Shown here: positions 8,586 to 17,356 of the stretch, in pieces
Numbering within the stretch: the first letter of the stretch is position 1
Layout: every line of letters begins with the position of its first letter
NCBI GenBank assembly: GCA_046726415.1
Contig: JBKPAK010000144.1
Coordinates: 1 to 40,226, forward strand
Source of the DNA: Candidatus Methylomirabilota bacterium
GTDB taxonomy: Bacteria; Methylomirabilota; Methylomirabilia; Rokubacteriales; CSP1-6
Reading direction: 5' to 3'
DNA: 40,226 bases
Program-made: the position numbers and the translations under genes
Notes under the pieces: generated by a model
What the model was told of the DNA's origin: nothing
Databases searched by the model: none
The model's input: the letters and a program-made list of their open reading frames with translations, nothing else

Positions 8586-11027
8586 TCAGCGCCAAGCTGA
8601 TGTGACCTGTCCGCCTGGGTCCTGCCATTCCGGTGACCAGGCGAGGGCAAGCAGCGTCACTGTGACGTTCCGCTTCGTCGGCCGCATGGTCACGGTTTCA
8701 AGGGGTGCGGCGAGGGAGTCGACGTTGGCGCCGACCTAGTCGGTCTCCGCCTTGAACTCTGCTTCCAGGTCGAGAAGCTGCTGCCGAAGGGCCTCCACCG
8801 TCTCTTTCGCCCGGCCGACGTCCTGCTGCTCCTTGAGGACGCGCCCGGCCCCGCGCGCGGCGGTCGTCACGCGTCCTACCGTGGTGGCCGTCACTGCCTT
8901 GCGGCCGAGGACGGCACCGATCAGCGTGGCCCCGATGGAGATCGCCGCCTGCACTCCTTGCTGTTGCGCCTGCGCGGCCTCGCGCTCGACCGCCTGCTCG
9001 GCGCGGCGGATCCTCTCCTGAAGGGCGGCCATCCGGGGCGCGTACTTCCTGCGGAGCTGCTCGACGGCCTCGTCGCGCTTCTCGCGGACGGCGTGCTGGA
9101 GTCGAGCGCGGAACTCACCCTCGCTTTCGCCCGGTCGGGAGATGGCTTTGAAGCGAGGGCTCATCAGCAGGTCGAGCTTTCGACTGCGGAAGAGCCACGC
9201 GGCAAATTCCTTTCGCCAGGTGGCGTAGCTCTTGGCCTGGCCGGCGATGCCTGGGAGATCGAGGAAGCGCGCCTCTGAGGCCGGCGCCGGGTCGAGATCG
9301 TCCGGGCTCACCGCGGTCTCGACGGCGTTGGCCCAGTCGACCGGCACGGCCTCGCTGGTGATCGCCGTCAGGAGCAGGACGGCTTCGCTGACGTCGAGCC
9401 CCTTCTTGGCGTCGGCGAAGTGGACCTCGGCAGCCCCGAAGACCATCGGGCGGTAGACAAGCGTGGCGCCGGCTGGCGCGGTGCCGCGCACGGGTAAGAA
9501 ATGCTGCGGGACCTCGGGTAGTAGCACGGGTCTCGCGGCCGTTGCCGGCGCGGCGGACCCGGGTGCCGCGGTGGGCGTCGAGTCCGGCTGGGGCGCCGCC
9601 GGCGGCCGGCGCTCCCTCGTCAGCGCCCTGATCTGGCTGCGGGTGAGAGGCCCGCGGAGGTACGAAAGCGTCCAGCGGGTCTGGAAGAGTGCGGGGCCCT
9701 CGTCGTGGACGTTGTTCATCAGGAAGATGCGGTGGCCGAGGCTGGCGATGATCTCCTCCGCCCGACCCCGGTTGAAGCGCGCTCCCGCGCCGGCCGCGGC
9801 GCCCTCGAGGCCATCCAGCACCCGTGCCTTGTCGCGCTCGGTCTGGAGGCGGCCGATGAGCCAGGTTCCCGCATTCGACAGTCCCTTGTAGTCGAGGTCG
9901 ACTGGATTCTGGGTGGCCAGCACCACACCCAGGCCAAAGGCCCGGGCCTGCTTGAGCAGGGTGAGGAGCGGCAGCTTCGAGGGCGGGTTCGCCACCGGCG
10001 GGAGGTAGCCGAAGATCTCGTCCATGTAGAGAACAGCGCGCAGGCTCGTGGTCCCAGGCTGGCTGCGCGTCCACGCCAGCATCTGGTTCAGCACCAGCGA
10101 GACGACGAACATGCGCTCGGCGTCGCCGAGGTGGGCAATCGACAGGATCGAGATGCGCGGCTTCCCGGCTGGCGTGACGAGCATGCGGCCGATGTCGAGC
10201 GGCTCGCCCTGCATCCAGACCTTGAACCCGGGGGCGGCGAGGAGGTTATTGAGGGCCATCGCGAGGTCGAATCGCTCTTTGGCCGGGTAGAAAGACTCGA
10301 GGTCGAGGACGCCCACGCGCGTCACGGCAGGCGCCTGGATCTGCTGGATCAGGGTGGCGAGATCGCAGTCGCGCCCCGCTCTCCAGGTGGCATCGAGAAT
10401 GGTTGAGAGCAGGATGTGCTCGCGGTTCCTGATGGGATCGGCGGCGATGCCGAGGAGACCGAGCAGGCTCGTCGCCGTGCTGTTGATTCGCTCGCGGAGA
10501 AGCTCACCGTCCTCCCGGATCGCCGCGGGCGGTGCGGCGAAGGACACCATGATGGAGAGGGGAATCCCGGCCTCGCTGCCCGGCGTGTAGATCGCGATGT
10601 CCACGGCGTCTCGGAAACGCCCGATGCGCGCGCCGTCCTCGCCCCACTCGGCGAGCCCCTTCCGCCAGAGCTCGGCCTGCTCTCGGGCAAAGTCGTCGAC
10701 GGAGAGCCCCTTCTTGCGCGCCTCGTCCTCGTTGACCCATGGCCGGAAGTCTTCTGGTCGGAGTTCCGGGAACGTCAGCGCGAGATTGGCGAGATCGCCC
10801 TTGGGATCGATCACCAAGGCGGGGATGCCGTCGAGAGCCGCCTCCTCCAGCAAGGCCAGGCATAGACCGGTCTTGCCGCTACCCGTCATGCCCACGCAGA
10901 CCGCGTGGGTGACGAGATCCCTGGAGTCGTAGAGGAGTACCCCGGACTCGGGCTTCCTCGCCGTCACGTCCCACTCGCGGCCCAGGTAGAAGACCCCGAG
11001 CTTCTCGAAATCAGTCGCGGTGGGCAT
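8586..11027 (-). CDS. HerA/FtsK-like P-loop ATPase (DUF87/DUF853-type) with C-terminal coiled coil; in-frame TAG at 8736-8738
   Basis: Walker A GMTGSGKT, Walker B VLYMDE, '[16 protein letters not shown]'. The frame continues 49 protein-like codons past the TAG to TGA at 8586-8588. Confidence 0.85.
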
Positions 11028-11218
11028 GGCGCTCGCTACTGTCCAGTCCAGTGCGCCGTGAGCGCGTTGGGGCGCTGACGGCGGACAATGGTGACGCGCA
11101 TGTCCCCCTCCCAGGCCCTAGATACCACGAATCCGGCCGGCGTTGCGCCTCGCTGCGACATTTCGGTAGGCTCGGAGTATCGTTTCGGAGACAGTCCGAG
11201 TCATCAAGGGAGGCTGAC

Positions 11219-11566
11219 ATGAGGCGACTGGTGGTGAGTCTGATCGCGGTGCTGTTCGGGGTGGCTGCCGTGACCATCTCCGGGGCGTTCGCCCAGGCGC
11301 CCAAGGATCCTGTGAAGGAAGCGACGAAGGACGCCAGTGGAGCCACTAAGGGCGCGGCCAAGGACGCGGCTAAGAAGCCGCTCCTGGATATCAACTCAGC
11401 GTCACCGGACGAGCTGAAAGCTCTCCCGGGCATCGGAGACGCCTACTCCAAGAAGATCGTGGAGGGGCGTCCCTATACGGGCAAGGACGATCTGGTCAAG
11501 AAGAAGATCATCCCGCAGGGAACCTACGACAAGATCAAAGAGCTGATCATCGCCAAGCAGAAATAA
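11219..11566 (+). CDS. Exported helix-hairpin-helix DNA-binding protein (ComEA-like)
   Basis: Signal peptide [21 protein letters not shown], Lys/Ala linker, '[29 protein letters not shown]'; GGAGG RBS. Confidence 0.9.
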   Translation: MRRLVVSLIAVLFGVAAVTISGAFAQAPKDPVKEATKDASGATKGAAKDAAKKPLLDINSASPDELKALPGIGDAYSKKIVEGRPYTGKDDLVKKKIIPQGTYDKIKELIIAKQK

Positions 11567-11610
11567 CGGCGGCCGACATCGACGCGGCGCCATCTGAAGG
11601 CTCCCCTGGG

Positions 11611-12612
11611 TCAGGGAAGTCTGAAGAGGCGGTGCGGGTTCAGCTCGGCGATCTGGTGGATCTCCTCGCGGCTGAAGCCGGTGCGGCGAAGGCTGTCCAG
11701 CGGATTGCGATCGGCGGGCGGGAACGAGTCGTCGCTGCCGATCAGGAGTCGGTCGGTCTGCACGCGGCTCGCAAGGTACGAGAGCGCGAGCGGGTCATGG
11801 AGGATCGTGTCGTAGTACATCCGCCGCAGGTAGGCGGACGGCGCCGACGCGGCGGCAATGCCCGTCGAGGCGCGGTCGCTCCTCTGGTGCATGCAGTCGA
11901 ACCGACCGATCAGATAGGGCAGGGCCCCGCCGCCGTGGGAGAGGATCAGCGTGAGCTTGGGGAAGCGGTCGAGCACCCCGCTCGAGAGGAGCGAGCCGAC
12001 GGTCAGCGTCGTGTCGAACGTGTACTGGACGATCTGGTTCAGGGCGAACCGCCGGGTGCGCGGGGTCGGGTTGGGTTGGGTCGGATGGAGGAAAACGGGG
12101 ACGCCCAGTTCGACCGCGGCCGCCCAGTACTCATCCAGCGGCAGCTCGCCGAGATTCGCGCCCTCGACGTTCGTCGCGGCCACGGCCCCGACGGCGCCGA
12201 GCTGCCGAACCGCGCGCTCCAACTCGCGCGCGGCGCCGGCCGCGTCGGGCAAGTGCCCGGAGGCCAGCAGGGAGAAGCGGTCGGCGTGGGCCGCGCAAAG
12301 GGCGGCGAGTGACTCGTTCAGGAGCCTGTGCCAGGCGGCCCCCTGCTCGGGGGCGAGCCCGTAGCCGAAGATGTCCGTCCACGCCGACAGGATCTGCCGA
12401 TCGATGCCGATGTTCTCCATCCCCGCGATGCGCCGCGCCGGTTCCTCGATGAGCTTGGCGAAGAACGGGCGGACCCGCAGGCCGTAGGCGAAGTGCAGGC
12501 TATGGCAGGCGGGCTCGGTCTCGACGACCGTGATGCCGTAGCGTCCGCCGTGCGCCTGCAGTGTCTCGATGAGGCGGCGTGGCACGTAGTGGGCGTGGAC
12601 GTCGATCGCCAT
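11611..12612 (-). CDS. Amidohydrolase_2 family protein (ACMSD-like decarboxylase)
   Basis: 'IDVHAH', 'VFLHP', 'SHGGGALP' and 'GSDDSFP'; ATG at 12612. Confidence 0.9.
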   Translation of the reverse strand: MAIDVHAHYVPRRLIETLQAHGGRYGITVVETEPACHSLHFAYGLRVRPFFAKLIEEPARRIAGMENIGIDRQILSAWTDIFGYGLAPEQGAAWHRLLNESLAALCAAHADRFSLLASGHLPDAAGAARELERAVRQLGAVGAVAATNVEGANLGELPLDEYWAAAVELGVPVFLHPTQPNPTPRTRRFALNQIVQYTFDTTLTVGSLLSSGVLDRFPKLTLILSHGGGALPYLIGRFDCMHQRSDRASTGIAAASAPSAYLRRMYYDTILHDPLALSYLASRVQTDRLLIGSDDSFPPADRNPLDSLRRTGFSREEIHQIAELNPHRLFRLP

Positions 12613-12758
12613 GTTCGCGCTCTCTACCCGGGCCTGCCAGTCATCGACCTCCCCTGTACAATCTGGTGGCGACGGTGGCGCTCCTCCCCAACTCGGGCGG
12701 TGTGTGGCCATCCTCGCCAGCGGCCTGGCGGCGGACAATAGCACAGGTGAGGTGCGCG

Positions 12759-13565
12759 ATGGATCTCCGGTTGAGCGATAAGGTCGCGCTCGTGACCGGC
12801 GGAAGCGAGGGGATTGGCAAGGGGATCGCCCGCGCCCTGGCGCGGGAGGGATGCGACGTCGCGATCTGCGCGCGGCGTCCCGATGTCCTCGAAGCGACGG
12901 CCGCCGAGATCCGCGGGGCGTTCGGGCGCAAGGTCCTCGCGGTGCCCGCGGATCTCACCCGTCGCGAGGACGCCGAGCATTTCGTGCAGAGCTCGGCGGC
13001 GCATTTCGGTCGGCTCGACATCCTGGTCAACAATGCCGGCTCGGCGCCCGGCGGCATCATCGAGGTGCTCGACGAAGCGGCGTGGCTGCAGGGGCTGCAG
13101 CTGAAGTTCATGGGCTACGTCCGCTGCCTGAAGGCGGCCCTGCCCATCATGAAAGGGCAGGGCGGCGGTCGAGTGGTGAACCTCATCGGCAATGACGGGG
13201 TGAAGGAGTCCTACTGGGAGATCGTGCCGGGCGCGTGCAATGCGGCGGGGCAGAACCTCACCAAGGCCTTGGCCGGTCAGTACGGCAGGTTCAACATCAG
13301 CTTCGTCGCCGTGAACCCCGGCCCGGTCCGCACGGAACGGTGGGCGGGGCTGGTCAAAGCTATGAGCCGCGACATGAAGTTGGCGTACGACGAGGCCGAC
13401 CAGCTCGCGCCGCGCAGCATCCCGCTGGGGCGCATCGCCGAGGTCGAGGAGGTCGCCAATCTGGTCGCCTACCTGGCCTCCCCGCTCGCCCACTTCGTCA
13501 ACGGCAGCATGATTGAGATCGACGGCGGCCAGCAGAAGCCGCTGATGGACGCGGCGCGCGGCTGA
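12759..13565 (+). CDS. Short-chain dehydrogenase/reductase with atypical catalytic motif
   Basis: TGGSEGIG, NNAG and NPGPVRT present; YxxxK replaced by GACNAA. Confidence 0.9.
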   Translation: MDLRLSDKVALVTGGSEGIGKGIARALAREGCDVAICARRPDVLEATAAEIRGAFGRKVLAVPADLTRREDAEHFVQSSAAHFGRLDILVNNAGSAPGGIIEVLDEAAWLQGLQLKFMGYVRCLKAALPIMKGQGGGRVVNLIGNDGVKESYWEIVPGACNAAGQNLTKALAGQYGRFNISFVAVNPGPVRTERWAGLVKAMSRDMKLAYDEADQLAPRSIPLGRIAEVEEVANLVAYLASPLAHFVNGSMIEIDGGQQKPLMDAARG

Positions 13566-13634
13566 TGGCGTTCGTGCCCGGCGCAACGCGGTCATCGAAG
13601 AGATCCGGGGCCGGGTGGGAGGCGCTGGGCCGCC

Positions 13635-14129
13635 TCAGAAGTAGGCGATGAGGCGACCACAGGTAATGACGCCGACCCACAGGAGCAGGGAGAGCACGGC
13701 CGCCGCCCGGGCCGCTACCGGCGCCCGGAAGTCCCGATCCCACTGCGCCACCGAGCGCAATGGCGCCCGGTGAAAGATAGCGGCATTGAGGAGAGCGGCC
13801 GCCAGCAGCACGACCTTGATACGGAGGGCTGGGTTCTCGGCCATCTCGGTGGCGTGAGCCACGAACATCAAGAGGCCCGACGGTATCACCAGCACCACGC
13901 TCAGGCGAGCCGTGCGGAGCAGATGGCGCTCCATCCCCGTCACCGGCAGCGCCCGCGAGACACCGAGCAACCGCGCGTCAAACATGAACGCCGCGCCCAC
14001 GAGGATGACGAAGCCGACGATGTGGACGATCTCCACGATGGGGTAGAGCCACGTCCATTGGCGCATGGCCTCGGACACGGCTGACGTCTCGAGCCACACC
14101 AGCCAGGCGGGGCCGACCGGCGGATGCAT
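13635..14129 (-). CDS. DUF6644-like integral membrane protein
   Basis: 'WLYPIVEIVHIVG', 'FDARLLG', four hydrophobic helices and C-terminal 'GRLIAYF'; start overlaps the upstream stop. Confidence 0.8.
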   Translation of the reverse strand: MHPPVGPAWLVWLETSAVSEAMRQWTWLYPIVEIVHIVGFVILVGAAFMFDARLLGVSRALPVTGMERHLLRTARLSVVLVIPSGLLMFVAHATEMAENPALRIKVVLLAAALLNAAIFHRAPLRSVAQWDRDFRAPVAARAAAVLSLLLWVGVITCGRLIAYF

Positions 14130-14491
14130 CAGCGCAGTTCGACCGTCTTGTCCTCGATGGTGATCCGCTCGGCGCGCAGTTCTTTCGGATCGGTCCGGCT
14201 CGGATAGCCGATCACCGTGGCCTTGGTTCCGGGCTTCAGCATCTCCTTGGGCAGTCCGCGCCGCTCCATGCGCGAGGGCGGTGCCAGCACGACCAGCCAA
14301 GTCTTGCCGGGCACCTCGAGATCGACGAATCCATGCGGATGCTCATAGCCGGACGCCTTGATGACACCGGTCAGCTCGAGCGTCTGATTGGAGTCGTACC
14401 CGCTCCAACCGTGGTGGGCCAGCACGCCGGGAACCCCCCCGGGGACGAAGACCATGGCCAATCCCATCATGGCCGCCAGGATGCGGGTCAT
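14129..14491 (-). CDS. DUF6152-like exported protein
   Basis: Signal peptide, then 'AHHGWSGYD' and 'YEHPHG', OB-fold-like; GGAGG RBS. Confidence 0.82.
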   Translation of the reverse strand: MTRILAAMMGLAMVFVPGGVPGVLAHHGWSGYDSNQTLELTGVIKASGYEHPHGFVDLEVPGKTWLVVLAPPSRMERRGLPKEMLKPGTKATVIGYPSRTDPKELRAERITIEDKTVELR

Positions 14492-14512
14492 GGGCAGACC
14501 TCCCTTTCACAG

Positions 14513-14580
14513 CACACCGTCGAGGCGATCTTTACCGAACGGCTCACATCACACCGTCAACACGATCTTACCGAACTGCT
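14513..14580. repeat. Degenerate tandem duplication of the 3' end of the Zn-dehydrogenase gene
   Basis: cacaccgtcgaggcgatctttaccgaacggct (14513-14544) versus cacaccgtcaacacgatcttaccgaactgct (14550-14580). Confidence 0.75.
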
Positions 14581-15577
14581 GGCCGTCGGCCAGGCGCCGC
14601 TGGGCGGCGGCCCCGTCCTTGAGGGGGACCACCTCGTCCACGATGGCGCGCAGGCGGCCGTCGAAGAAGAGCCGCATCACGTCGTGGAACTCCTTCCGGT
14701 TGGCCATGGTGGAGCCGATGATGGAGATCTGATTCCAGAAGACGATGCGGATGTCGGTCTCGCCGATGGGGCCAGTGGTGGCCCCGCAGGTTACCAGCCG
14801 CCCGCCCTTGGCCACCGAGCGGAGCGACTGCTTCCACGTCTGGGCGCCCACGTTCTCGATGACGACATCGACCCCGCGCCTGGCCGTCCTCTCCCACACG
14901 GCCTTGGCCCAGTCCTCCCGAGCGTAATTGATGCCGACGTCGGCGCCGAGCTGGCGCGCGCGTTCCAGCTTGGCATCGCTCGACGACGTCACCATGACGC
15001 GCGCCCCGCAGAGCTTGGCGATCTGCACGGCGGTCGACGAGACGCCGCCACCCACGCCCAGAATCAGCACGTCCTGACCGGCGCGGACCTGGCCCTGTGT
15101 GACCACCATGCGCCACGCCGTCATGTTGGTCAGGATGAACGAGGCGGCGTCCTCGTAGGATACGTGGTCGGGCAGAGGAAGCACGTTGTCACCGCGAACC
15201 TTGACCAGCTCGGCCAGCCCGCCAGGTGCGTGCTCGCCGAGGATGCCGTAGCGGACGCAGAGACTGTCCTCGCCCCGCATGCAGAACTCGCACCGATCGC
15301 AAGTCAGGTTGGGATTGACGGCCACGCGGGTGCCCGGCTTGACGCCGGTGACAGCGGCCCCCACCCGAGCGATCTCCCCCGCGATGTCGCATCCCGTCCA
15401 AAAGGGCAGCGGCGTCTTGAGGGCTGGAATGCCCTCCCGGACGAAGAGGTCGAGGTGATTGAGCGCGCAGGCCCGCACCCGGACCAGGACGTCCTGTGGG
15501 CCGATGGTCGGGTCCGGAACGTCCTGGAGCTGGAGCTTCTCGGAACCGCCGAACTCTTTGAATGCCAGGGCCTTCAT
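14549..15577 (-). CDS. Zinc-binding MDR alcohol dehydrogenase/quinone oxidoreductase
   Basis: 'ALNHLD', structural Zn motif CxxCxxC...C, 'ILGVGGGV' and 'FGKIVL'. Confidence 0.92.
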   Translation of the reverse strand: MKALAFKEFGGSEKLQLQDVPDPTIGPQDVLVRVRACALNHLDLFVREGIPALKTPLPFWTGCDIAGEIARVGAAVTGVKPGTRVAVNPNLTCDRCEFCMRGEDSLCVRYGILGEHAPGGLAELVKVRGDNVLPLPDHVSYEDAASFILTNMTAWRMVVTQGQVRAGQDVLILGVGGGVSSTAVQIAKLCGARVMVTSSSDAKLERARQLGADVGINYAREDWAKAVWERTARRGVDVVIENVGAQTWKQSLRSVAKGGRLVTCGATTGPIGETDIRIVFWNQISIIGSTMANRKEFHDVMRLFFDGRLRAIVDEVVPLKDGAAAQRRLADGQQFGKIVLTV

Positions 15578-15587
15578 CGATCTCCTC

Positions 15588-16625
15588 TCAGGAGAGGGTT
15601 GAGGGTCGAGTGAGGTTGAGTTCCTTCACCAGCCGGGGCAGCCGCGGGTCGTCGATGCCCGGCTGATACGGCTGGTAGAGCGCCGTCCGGTCGAGCAGCC
15701 CGGCGTATCGCTCCACGATCTTGCGGCCGAGGTTGTCGTAGGTGCCGGTGACGGCATACGTATCGACCATCTCATCGGTGACGAGGTCGGCCATGCCCTT
15801 CCAGTCGCCCGCCACGGACTTCCGGTGGAGGTGAGCCGTGAGGTCCTGCCACCCGTGAGCGGCGAGCACCGGCTCGTAGGTCCGCGTGGAGGCGTAGAAG
15901 GCGATCTGCTGCTTGACGGATTGCCTCGCCGCGACCATCTCGCTCTCCGTATCCCCGACCACGGCGAAGGTGGAGGTCACGTACGTGAAGTCGTTTCGCG
16001 AACGCGACGACGTCCGGAGGCCCACCTCCACCCACGGATGCACGGATTCGCGCAGGTATTTGGGGCTGTTGAATGGGTGCACGTGGAGACCGTCGCATAC
16101 CTCGCCGGCCACTCGACACATGTGCTCGTTCACCCCGGCGATGTACACGGGGATCGCCGGGTGCGCGATGGGGCCGGGATTGAAGAACGGGGTCATGAGG
16201 TCGAAGCGATAGAACCGCCCCTTGAAGTTCAACGCAGTTCCATTTTGCCAGCAGTCCCAGATGGCGCGCAGGGCCAGCACGATCTCGCGCATTTTGGCGG
16301 CCGGCGATTCGTAGGCCACCGAGAAGCGCCGCTCGTTATGCCCCTTCACCTGGGACCCGAGCCCCAGGATGAAGCGGCCATCGGAGGCCTTCTGAAGATC
16401 CCAGGCGAGGTGGGCGGTAATCATGGGGCTGCGCGGGAAGGCTACGGCGATGGAAGTCCCGAGCTTGATGGTCGAGGTCACCGTGGCCGCCACCGCTAGC
16501 GGCAGGTAGGGGTCGTGCTGTGTCTCGGCCGACCAGAGGCAATCGTAGCCGATGGCCTCCACCTTTCGCGCATATCCTGGAATCGATTTCAGATCGTGGG
16601 TCAGCATGCCGATGTCGAGCTTCAC
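15588..16625 (-). CDS. LLM-class probable F420-dependent oxidoreductase (TIGR03617/MSMEG_2256-like)
   Basis: 'WSAETQHDPYLPL', 'IAVAFPRSP', 'LGLGSQVKGHNERRF', 'LMTPFFNPGP' and 'IAFYASTRTY'; GTG 16625 with AGGAG RBS. Confidence 0.9.
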   Translation of the reverse strand: MKLDIGMLTHDLKSIPGYARKVEAIGYDCLWSAETQHDPYLPLAVAATVTSTIKLGTSIAVAFPRSPMITAHLAWDLQKASDGRFILGLGSQVKGHNERRFSVAYESPAAKMREIVLALRAIWDCWQNGTALNFKGRFYRFDLMTPFFNPGPIAHPAIPVYIAGVNEHMCRVAGEVCDGLHVHPFNSPKYLRESVHPWVEVGLRTSSRSRNDFTYVTSTFAVVGDTESEMVAARQSVKQQIAFYASTRTYEPVLAAHGWQDLTAHLHRKSVAGDWKGMADLVTDEMVDTYAVTGTYDNLGRKIVERYAGLLDRTALYQPYQPGIDDPRLPRLVKELNLTRPSTLS

Positions 16626-16644
16626 GCGCGATCTCCTCTGTGAT

Positions 16645-16706
16645 ATGAGGGCCTCGACCGCGCCCCCCATCCACTCAAACGCTCGGGACGCCCAGGGCGC
16701 CCCGAG
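16645..16706 (-). repeat. Two-hairpin REP-like element, copy B
   Basis: Minus strand: ctcggggcgccctgggcgtcccgag-cgtttgagtgg-atggggggcgcggtcgaggccctcat. Confidence 0.55.
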
Positions 16707-16756
16707 ATTTCACGAAGCTCCCCGGGGATGGTGAAGCAGCGCGATGGGGGTTGCGA

Positions 16757-17356
16757 TCACGCCGGTATGCCGGCGCGGGCCGCCACGATCTGGATGAGCC
16801 GGTAACGCGTCACCATGGCGTCATCGACCAGCTTCGCGATGGCCGCCCGCGTGCCTGAGACGAAGGTCGCATCTTCGATGTCGAGGACGTTGACGCGCGC
16901 GGTGAGGGCGGCACCCTCCAGGGCGCTCGTGGCCAAGGTGGCGGCCACACCGAGGTCGGCCACCGCGCTGGCCCGGGCGGTCGTCACCAAGCGATCACAC
17001 AGTTCCAGGACGCGCTCCGAGGCTCGCGCGATGTTCAGGGGAATCTCGGTGGCCCGAACCAGTGCCGATCGGATCGCCGCCGATCGATGCTCCATCGGGC
17101 GGCGACGGGCTCCCATGACGGCCATCACGGCCTCCGCGTCCTCTTGGATCAGATCGATCAGTCGCAGCCGGAGCGCGTCGGCCTCGCGCGCAACGTGCGC
17201 GAGCGCCTCGCTCGGGGCCTGGCGCGCGGTCACGCGACACACCATGCCGACCAGGGCGGCGCTCGCCGCCGCCGCCAGCGCCACGGCTGCGCCGCCGCCC
17301 GGGGCGGGAGAGCCACTCGCCAGGCGATCGAGGAAGCTCGCGAGCTGCTGCGTCAT
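16757..17356 (-). CDS. Formiminotransferase-cyclodeaminase C-terminal / methenyl-THF cyclohydrolase family protein
   Basis: 'FLDRLASGSPAPGGGAAVALAAA..AALVGMV', 'ATEIPL', 'AVADLGVA' and 'ARVNV'. Confidence 0.88.
   Translation of the reverse strand: MTQQLASFLDRLASGSPAPGGGAAVALAAAASAALVGMVCRVTARQAPSEALAHVAREADALRLRLIDLIQEDAEAVMAVMGARRRPMEHRSAAIRSALVRATEIPLNIARASERVLELCDRLVTTARASAVADLGVAATLATSALEGAALTARVNVLDIEDATFVSGTRAAIAKLVDDAMVTRYRLIQIVAARAGIPA

Noticed and set aside
8736..8738. Genome-wide TAG reassignment or pyrrolysine
   Set aside because: Several genes here end at TAG at their expected C-termini, and there are no pyl genes in the window.
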